From: a virus
Lineage: Duplodnaviria > Heunggongvirae > Uroviricota > Caudoviricetes
DNA length: 40,699 nt
Reading direction: 5' to 3' (one strand)
Virus record (IMG/VR): IMGVR_UViG_2511231131_000003
This document shows, piece after piece, positions 31,028 through 40,699 of the stretch. The stretch's first letter is position 1. Each line of letters begins with the position of its first letter. The notes under the pieces are model-generated. The model saw nothing but the letters and a program-made list of their open reading frames with translations, was not told where the DNA came from and did not search any database. Position numbers and translations under genes: made by a program.

Positions 31028-31725
31028 TGCAGGATATCCGGCAGGAAACACTGAATGAATGCACCCGTGCGGAGCAGTCGGCCAGCGTGGTGCTCTGGGA
31101 AATCGACCTGACAGAGGTCGGTGGAGAACGTTATTTTTTCTGTAATGAGCAGAACGAAAAAGGTGAGCCGGTCACCTGGCAGGGGAGGCAGTATCAGGCG
31201 TATCCCATTCAGGGGAGCGGTTTTGAACTGAATGGCAAAGGCACCAGTACGCGGCCCACGCTGGCAGTCTCTAACCTGTACGGCATGGTCACCGGTATGG
31301 TGGAAGATATGCAGAGTCTGGTCGGCGGAACGGTGGTCAGGCGTAAGGTTTACGCCCGTTTTCTGGATGCGGTGAACTTCGTCAACGGAAACAGCGACGC
31401 CGATCCGGAGCAGGAGGTGATCAGCCGCTGGCGCATCGAGCAGTGCAGCGAACTGAGCGCGGTCAGTGCCTCTTTTGTACTGTCCACGCCGACGGAAACG
31501 GACGGCGCTGTTTTTCCGGGACGAATCATGCTGGCCAACACCTGCACCTGGACCTATCGCGGCGATGAGTGCGGTTATCACGGTCCGGCGGTCGCGGATG
31601 AATATGACCAGCCGACGTCCGATATCACGAAGGATAAATGCAGCAAATGCCTGAGTGGCTGTAAGTTTCGCAATAACGTCGGCAACTTTGGCGGCTTCCT
31701 TTCCATTAACAAACTTTCGCAGTAA
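31027..31725 (+). CDS. L: tail tip protein L
   Basis: 232-aa product (MQDIRQETLNECTRAEQSASVVLWEIDLTEVGGERYFFCNEQNEKGEPVTWQGRQYQAYPIQGSGFELNGKG...) matches lambda L. Confidence 0.95.
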   Translation: MQDIRQETLNECTRAEQSASVVLWEIDLTEVGGERYFFCNEQNEKGEPVTWQGRQYQAYPIQGSGFELNGKGTSTRPTLAVSNLYGMVTGMVEDMQSLVGGTVVRRKVYARFLDAVNFVNGNSDADPEQEVISRWRIEQCSELSAVSASFVLSTPTETDGAVFPGRIMLANTCTWTYRGDECGYHGPAVADEYDQPTSDITKDKCSKCLSGCKFRNNVGNFGGFLSINKLSQ

Positions 31726-31730
31726 ATCCC

Positions 31731-32474
31731 ATGACAGAGACAGAATCAGCGATTCTGGCGCACGCCCGACGATGTGCGCCAGCGGAGTCGTGCGGTTTCG
31801 TAGTGAGAACGCCGGAGGGGGAAAGATATTTTCCCTGCGTGAATATCTCCGGTGAGCCGGAGGAGTATTTCCGGATGTCGCCGGAGGACTGGTTGCGTGC
31901 ACAAATGCAGGGTGAGATTGTGGCGCTGCTCCACAGTCATCCCGGTGGTCTGCCCTGGCTGAGTGAGGCTGACCGGCGGCTGCAGGTGCAGAGTGATTTG
32001 CCGTGGTGGCTGGTCTGCCGGGGGGCGATTCACAAGTTCCGCTGTGTGCCGCATCTTACCGGGCGGCGCTTTGAGCACGGGGTGACGGACTGTTACACGC
32101 TGTTCCGGGATGCTTACCATCTGGCGGGGATTGAGATGCCGGATTTTCACCGCGAGGATGACTGGTGGCGTAACGGTCAGAATCTCTATCTGGATAATCT
32201 GGAGGCCACAGGGCTGTATCAGGTGCCGTTGTCAGCGGCGCAGCCGGGCGATGTGCTGCTGTGCTGTTTTGGTTCATCGGTGCCGAATCACGCCGCAATT
32301 TACTGCGGCGACGGCGAGCTGCTGCACCATATTCCTGAACAACTGAGTAAACGAGAGAGGTACACCGACAAATGGCAGCGACGCACACACTCCCTCTGGC
32401 GTCACCGGGCATGGCACGCATCTGCCTTTACGGGGATTTACAACGATTTGGCCGCCGCATCGACCTTCGTGTAA
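31731..32474 (+). CDS. K: tail tip assembly protein K (JAB/MPN plus NlpC/P60-like domains)
   Basis: 247-aa ORF from ATG at 31731; MPN-type motif LLHSHPGGLPWLSEAD and a C-terminal Cys/His region (VTDCYTLFRDAYH...H) consistent with NlpC/P60. Lambda K is usually annotated from a later start (199 aa), so the start is uncertain. Confidence 0.85.
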   Translation: MTETESAILAHARRCAPAESCGFVVRTPEGERYFPCVNISGEPEEYFRMSPEDWLRAQMQGEIVALLHSHPGGLPWLSEADRRLQVQSDLPWWLVCRGAIHKFRCVPHLTGRRFEHGVTDCYTLFRDAYHLAGIEMPDFHREDDWWRNGQNLYLDNLEATGLYQVPLSAAQPGDVLLCCFGSSVPNHAAIYCGDGELLHHIPEQLSKRERYTDKWQRRTHSLWRHRAWHASAFTGIYNDLAAASTFV

Positions 32475-33019
32475 AAACGGGGGCCGAAGCTATCCGTGCG
32501 CTGGCCACACAGATCCCGGCGTTTCGTCAGAAACTGAGCGACGGCTGGTATCAGGTACGGATTGCCGGGCGTGATACAGGCGAAAATGAATTATCATCCC
32601 GTCTTAATGAGCCGCTGGCAAATGGTGCAGTGATCCACATCGTGCCGCGCCTGGCGGGTGCCAAAAGTGGCGGTGTGTTTCAGGCAGTGCTGGGTGCGGC
32701 GCTGATTGCGGTGGCATGGTGGAACCCTGTGGGCTGGCTGGGGGCCGCGGCTGTATCGGGTATGTATGCAGCAGGGGCCAGTATGATCCTGGGTGGTGTG
32801 GCGCAGATGCTGGCACCGAAAGCCAGAACTCCCCGTACACAGACAACGGATAACGGCAAACAAAACACCTATTTCTCCTCACTGGATAACATGGTTGCCC
32901 AGGGCAATGTTCTGCCCGTTCTGTACGGTGAAATGCGCGTGGGATCACGTGTGGTTTCTCAGGAGATCAGCACGGCAGACGAAGGGGACGGTGGTCAGGT
33001 TGTGGTGATTGGTCGCTGA
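32372..33019 (+). CDS. I: tail tip assembly protein I
   Basis: 215-aa ORF (..HTLPLASPGMARICLYGDLQRFGRRIDLRVKTGAEAIRALATQIPAFRQKLSDGWYQVRIAGRD...) matches lambda I at both ends; central region differs and is about 8 codons shorter than I recall for lambda. Overlaps the 3' end of K by about 100 nt as in lambda. Confidence 0.9.
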   Translation: MAATHTLPLASPGMARICLYGDLQRFGRRIDLRVKTGAEAIRALATQIPAFRQKLSDGWYQVRIAGRDTGENELSSRLNEPLANGAVIHIVPRLAGAKSGGVFQAVLGAALIAVAWWNPVGWLGAAAVSGMYAAGASMILGGVAQMLAPKARTPRTQTTDNGKQNTYFSSLDNMVAQGNVLPVLYGEMRVGSRVVSQEISTADEGDGGQVVVIGR

Positions 33020-33076
33020 TGCAAAATGTTTTATGTGAAACCGCCTCCGGGCGGTTTTGTCGTTTATGGAGCATGA

Positions 33077-36478
<3,402 letters not shown>

Positions 36479-36496
36479 ATTTTATAACCCAGAACG

Positions 36497-36522
36497 GGCG
36501 TCAGAAATGACGCCTTTTTTAT
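36497..36522 (+). terminator. rho-independent terminator after J
   Basis: GGCGTCA-GAAA-TGACGCC hairpin followed by TTTTTTATT, 19 nt after the J stop. Confidence 0.7.
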
Positions 36523-36544
36523 TGCAGAAAAGCGAGAGGTAATT

Positions 36545-37144
36545 ATGCGTAAACTTTATGCCGCCATTTTGTCCGCAGCCATTTGTCTGGCCGTATCCGG
36601 TGCGCCTGCATGGGCGTCTGAACATCAGTCCACGCTGAGCGCGGGGTATCTTCATGTCTCGACGAACGTTCCCGGCCGCGATGATCTGAACGGGATTAAC
36701 GTGAAATACCGTTATGAGTTTACGGACACACTGGGGATGGTGACGTCTTTCAGCTATGCAGGAGACAAGAATCGCCAGCTGACCCATTACAGCGATACCC
36801 GCTGGCATGAAGATTCCGTTCGTAACCGCTGGTTCAGCGTAATGGCGGGGCCGTCTGTGCGCGTGAATGAATGGTTCAGCGCGTATGCGATGGCGGGTGT
36901 GGCTTACAGCCGTGTGTCGACTTTCTCCGGGGATTATCTCCGCGTAACTGACAACAAGGGGAAAACGCACGACGTTCTGACCGGAAGTGATGACGGTCGC
37001 CACAGCAACACGTCTCTGGCGTGGGGAGCTGGCGTGCAGTTTAACCCGACCGAATCCGTGGCCATTGATATTGCTTATGAAGGCTCCGGCAGTGGCGACT
37101 GGCGCACTGACGGTTTCATCGTGGGTGTCGGTTATAAGTTCTGA
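36545..37144 (+). CDS. lom: Lom outer-membrane protein (Ail/Lom family, lysogenic conversion)
   Basis: 199-aa ORF with signal peptide MRKLYAAILSAAICLAVSGAPAWA and beta-barrel-like alternating pattern ending ...GFIVGVGYKF; corresponds to lambda lom by position and sequence. Confidence 0.92.
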   Translation: MRKLYAAILSAAICLAVSGAPAWASEHQSTLSAGYLHVSTNVPGRDDLNGINVKYRYEFTDTLGMVTSFSYAGDKNRQLTHYSDTRWHEDSVRNRWFSVMAGPSVRVNEWFSAYAMAGVAYSRVSTFSGDYLRVTDNKGKTHDVLTGSDDGRHSNTSLAWGAGVQFNPTESVAIDIAYEGSGSGDWRTDGFIVGVGYKF

Positions 37145-37171
37145 TTAGCCAGGTAACACAGTGTTATGACA

Positions 37172-37198
37172 GCCCGCCGGTTCAGGCGGGCTTTTTTG
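37172..37198 (+). terminator. rho-independent terminator after lom
   Basis: GCCCGCC-GGTTCA-GGCGGGC hairpin followed by TTTTTTG. Confidence 0.7.
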
Positions 37199-37208
37199 TG
37201 GGGTGAAT

Positions 37209-40115
37209 ATGGCAGTAAAGATTTCAGGTGTACTGAAAGACGGCACAGGAAAACCGGTACAGAACTGCACAATCCAGCTGAAAGCAAAACGTAACAGTAC
37301 CACTGTGGTGGTGAACACGCTGGCCTCAGAAAATCCGGATGAAGCCGGGCGTTACAGCATGGACGTTGAGTACGGTCAGTACAGCGTTATTCTGTTGGTG
37401 GAGGGATTCCCGCCGTCACATGCCGGGACCATCACCGTGTATGAAGATTCTCAATCCGGTACGCTGAATGATTTTCTCGGTGCCATGACGGAGGATGATG
37501 CCCGTCCGGAGGCATTGCGACGTTTTGAACTGATGGTGGAAGAGGTGGCGCGTAACGCGTCCGCAGTGGCACAGAACACGGCAGCCGCGAATAAGTCAGC
37601 CAGTGATGCCAGCACATCTGCCAGTGAGGCGGCAACCCATGCGACTGATGCTGCAGATTCAGCACGTGCAGCCAGCACGTCAGCCGGACAGGCCGCGACG
37701 TCGGCTCAGTCAGCGTCTTCCAGCGCAGGAACGGCATCAACAAAGGCCACTGAAGCCTCAAAAAGTGCTGCCGCTGCAGAGTCCTCAAAAAGTGCGGCGG
37801 CTACCAGTGCCGGTGCGGCGAAAACGTCAGAAACGAATGCGGCAGCGTCAGAACAATCAGCCGCCACTTCTGCATCCACCGCGACCACGAAAGCGTCAGA
37901 TGCTGCCACCTCAGCCAGGGATGCGTCGGCTTCAAAAGAGGCGGCAAAATCATCAGAAACGAACGCATCCTCGAGCGCCAGTAGCGCAGCTTCCTCGGCA
38001 ACGGCGACAGCAAATTCTGCGAAGGCGGCAAAAACGTCCGAGACGAACGCCAAGGCTTCTGAAACGGCAGCGGGACAGAGTGCCTCAGCTGCGGCAGGCT
38101 CAAAAACAGCGGCTGCGTCGTCTGCCAGTGCAGCGTCAACAAGTGCCGGGCAGGCCTCAGCCAGTGCTAGCGCCGCCGGAAAATCGGCAGAAAGCGCCGC
38201 ATCGTCCGCTTCAACAGCCACAACGAAGGCTGGCGAAGCCACTGAACAGGCCAGCGCAGCAGCGAGGTCTGCTTCCGCAGCGAAGACATCCGAGACGAAC
38301 GCGAAAGCGTCGGAAACCAGCGCAGAATCCTCAAAAACGGCTGCCGCATCGTCAGCCAGTTCGGCGGCGTCATCGGCATCATCTGCGTCTGCTTCAAAAG
38401 ATGAGGCGACCAGACAAGCGTCAGCAGCGAAGGGCAGCGCCACGACGGCATCCACGAAGGCGACAGAGGCAGCTGGCAGTGCGACGGCGGCAGCACAGAG
38501 CAAAAGTACGGCGGAATCCGCGGCAACGCGCGCCGAGACAGCGGCAAAACGGGCAGAGGATATTGCATCCGCCGTGGCGCTTGAGGATGCGAGCACGACG
38601 AAAAAGGGGATAGTACAGCTCAGCAGTGCGACTAACAGCACTTCCGAGTCACTGGCGGCAACGCCAAAAGCCGTTAAGGCCGCGTATGAGCTGGCTAACG
38701 GGAAATACACCGCACAGGATGCAACGACAGCACAGAAAGGGATAGTTCAGCTTAGCAACGCGACCAACAGCACATCTGAAATGCTGGCGGCAACGCCAAA
38801 GTCGGTAAAGGCAGCCTATGACCTTGCTAACGGGAAATATACTGCTCAGGACGCTACGACAGCACAAAAAGGAATTGTCCAGCTCAGTAGTGCAACCAAC
38901 AGCGCATCTGAAACGCTTGCCGCGACACCGAAAGCAGCTAATGATAATGCGAATGGTCGGGTACCTTCTGCCCGTAAGGTGAATGGTAAGGCGCTTTCAG
39001 CGGATATAACACTGACGCCGAAAGATATTGGTACGCTTAACTCAACAACAATGTCATTCAGCGGTGGTGCTGGTTGGTTCAAATTAGCAACGGTAACCAT
39101 GCCACAGGCGAGTTCTGTTGTTTCAATTACGTTGATTGGTGGCGCGGGATTTAACGTGGGGTCACCTCAACAGGCAGGTATATCTGAACTTGTTTTGCGT
39201 GCAGGTAATGGTAATCCGAAGGGGATTACTGGTGCTTTATGGCAGCGCACATCGACAGGGTTTACAAATTTTGCCTGGGTCAATACATCTGGTGATACTT
39301 ACGATATTTACGTTGCAATCGGAAATTATGCGACTGGTGTAAATATTCAATGGGATTATACCAGTAATGCCAGCGTGACGATTCATACGTCACCAGCATA
39401 TTCTGCTAATAAGCCGGAAGGGTTAACGGACGGTACAGTTTATTCACTCTATACGCCATCAGGGCAGTTTTATCCGCCTGGCGCACCAATCCCGTGGCCA
39501 TCAGATACCGTTCCGTCTGGTTATGCCCTGATGCAGGGGCAGACTTTTGACAAATCTGCTTACCCGAAACTCGCAGCCGCTTATCCGTCAGGCGTGATCC
39601 CTGATATGCGTGGCTGGACGATTAAGGGCAAACCTGCCAGTGGTCGTGCCGTATTGTCTCAGGAACAGGACGGCATTAAATCGCACACCCACAGCGCCAG
39701 CGCATCCAGTACGGATTTGGGGACGAAAACCACATCGTCGTTTGATTACGGCACTAAATCCACGAATAACACCGGGGCGCATACGCACAGTGTGAGCGGT
39801 ACAGCCGCAAGTGCCGGAAACCATACTCATAGTGTCACAGGCGCATCAGCAGTCAGCCAGTGGTCACAAAATGGGTCAGTACATAAGGTAGTGTCTGCGG
39901 CCAGTGTGAATACAAGTGCTGCAGGAGCGCACACTCATAGTGTCAGCGGCACAGCCGCATCTGCAGGTGCTCACGCACATACTGTCGGTATTGGTGCTCA
40001 TACGCACTCTGTTGCGATTGGCTCACATGGACACACCATCACCGTTAACGCTGCTGGTAACGCGGAAAACACCGTCAAAAACATCGCATTTAACTACATT
40101 GTGAGGCTTGCATAA
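37209..40115 (+). CDS. stf: side tail fibre protein Stf (intact, full length)
   Basis: 968 aa from ATG at 37209 (the ORF-track start at 37203 is GTG); N-terminus [37 protein letters not shown]... and C-terminus ...[30 protein letters not shown] match lambda Stf; Ala/Ser/Thr-rich low-complexity shaft, tandem repeats and His-rich C-terminal region. Confidence 0.93.
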   Translation: MAVKISGVLKDGTGKPVQNCTIQLKAKRNSTTVVVNTLASENPDEAGRYSMDVEYGQYSVILLVEGFPPSHAGTITVYEDSQSGTLNDFLGAMTEDDARPEALRRFELMVEEVARNASAVAQNTAAANKSASDASTSASEAATHATDAADSARAASTSAGQAATSAQSASSSAGTASTKATEASKSAAAAESSKSAAATSAGAAKTSETNAAASEQSAATSASTATTKASDAATSARDASASKEAAKSSETNASSSASSAASSATATANSAKAAKTSETNAKASETAAGQSASAAAGSKTAAASSASAASTSAGQASASASAAGKSAESAASSASTATTKAGEATEQASAAARSASAAKTSETNAKASETSAESSKTAAASSASSAASSASSASASKDEATRQASAAKGSATTASTKATEAAGSATAAAQSKSTAESAATRAETAAKRAEDIASAVALEDASTTKKGIVQLSSATNSTSESLAATPKAVKAAYELANGKYTAQDATTAQKGIVQLSNATNSTSEMLAATPKSVKAAYDLANGKYTAQDATTAQKGIVQLSSATNSASETLAATPKAANDNANGRVPSARKVNGKALSADITLTPKDIGTLNSTTMSFSGGAGWFKLATVTMPQASSVVSITLIGGAGFNVGSPQQAGISELVLRAGNGNPKGITGALWQRTSTGFTNFAWVNTSGDTYDIYVAIGNYATGVNIQWDYTSNASVTIHTSPAYSANKPEGLTDGTVYSLYTPSGQFYPPGAPIPWPSDTVPSGYALMQGQTFDKSAYPKLAAAYPSGVIPDMRGWTIKGKPASGRAVLSQEQDGIKSHTHSASASSTDLGTKTTSSFDYGTKSTNNTGAHTHSVSGTAASAGNHTHSVTGASAVSQWSQNGSVHKVVSAASVNTSAAGAHTHSVSGTAASAGAHAHTVGIGAHTHSVAIGSHGHTITVNAAGNAENTVKNIAFNYIVRLA
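38604..38945 (+). repeat. three tandem 132-bp (44-codon) coding repeats within stf
   Basis: Units begin at 38604, 38736 and 38868 in the stf frame: KGIVQLS(S/N)ATNS(T/A)SE(S/M/T)LAATPK(A/S)VKAAY(E/D)[15 protein letters not shown]; the third copy diverges after about 25 residues. Confidence 0.7.
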
Positions 40116-40699
40116 TGGCATTCAGAATGAGTGAACAACCACGGACCATAAAAATTTATAATCTGCTGGCCGGAACTAATGAATTTATTGGTGAAGGTGA
40201 CGCATATATTCCGCCTCATACAGGTCTGCCAGCAAACAGTACCTATATTGCACCGCCAGATATTCCTGCTGGCTTTGTGGCCGTTTTCAACAGTGATGAG
40301 GGATCGTGGCATCTCGTTGAAGACCATCGGGGAAAAACCGTCTATGACGTGGCTTCCGGCGACGCGTTATTTATTTCTGAACTTGGCCCATTACCGGAAA
40401 ATGTCACCTGGTTATCCCCGGAAGGGGAGTTTCAGAAGTGGAACGGCACAGCCTGGGTGAAAGATGCAGAAGCAGAAAAACTGTTCCGGATCCGGGAGGC
40501 GGAAGAAACAAAAAACAGCCTGATGCAGGTAGCCAGTGAGCATATTGCGCCACTTCAGGATGCTGTAGATCTGGAAATCGCAACGGAGGAAGAAACCTCA
40601 TTGCTGGAAGCCTGGAAAAAGTATCGGGTGTTGCTGAACCGTGTTGATACATCAACTGCACCTGATATTGAGTGGCCTACGAACCCTGTCAGGGAGTAA
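40115..40699 (+). CDS. tfa: tail fibre assembly chaperone Tfa
   Basis: 194-aa ORF whose ATG overlaps the stf stop (TAATG); product matches lambda Tfa as I recall it; stop codon is the last 3 nt of the window. Confidence 0.93.
   Translation: MAFRMSEQPRTIKIYNLLAGTNEFIGEGDAYIPPHTGLPANSTYIAPPDIPAGFVAVFNSDEGSWHLVEDHRGKTVYDVASGDALFISELGPLPENVTWLSPEGEFQKWNGTAWVKDAEAEKLFRIREAEETKNSLMQVASEHIAPLQDAVDLEIATEEETSLLEAWKKYRVLLNRVDTSTAPDIEWPTNPVRE

Noticed and set aside
37603-38710. Long ORFs on the antisense strand (37706-38710, 334 aa) and in an alternative sense frame (37603-38613, 336 aa, Arg/Pro/Gln-rich) across stf
   Set aside because: They lie entirely within the Ala/Ser/Thr-rich repetitive shaft of stf; a GC-rich repetitive coding sequence keeps alternative frames open by chance, and their products are extreme low-complexity. 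The stf frame is supported by end-to-end similarity to lambda Stf.

Overview
This window is an almost complete integrated lambdoid prophage in prophage gene order: int/xis at the left edge, an internal cos site at 17604-17615, and stf/tfa tail-fibre genes at the right edge. All homology statements are from my recollection of lambda, DLP12 and Rac proteins; no database search was run. The Red recombination genes (exo, bet, gam), the C-terminus of O, P, ren, R, Rz/Rz1, bor and the whole head-tail block (nu1 to tfa) read as near-identical to phage lambda. The integration module, the immunity region (CI-type S24 repressor with YdaS/YdaT-type Cro/CII analogues), the nin region (DLP12-like ybcN-ninE-ybcO-rusA-ylcG), the putative Q and the holin are not lambda's. 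The most interesting feature is an AT-rich 535-aa SIR2-family gene (5640-7247, minus strand) with ThsA-like NADase motifs. It sits exactly where lambda carries rexAB, between OL/pL and the repressor gene and co-oriented with the repressor, and has no TIR/ThsB partner nearby, so it is a candidate single-gene prophage-encoded anti-phage system. Other points: an AT-rich two-gene cassette between ren and ybcN; a Dam-like methyltransferase in the early-left operon; a frameshift in nu1 and an in-frame TAG in tape-measure gene H, which suggest a defective prophage unless they are sequence errors. I saw no tRNA, CRISPR array or IS element.
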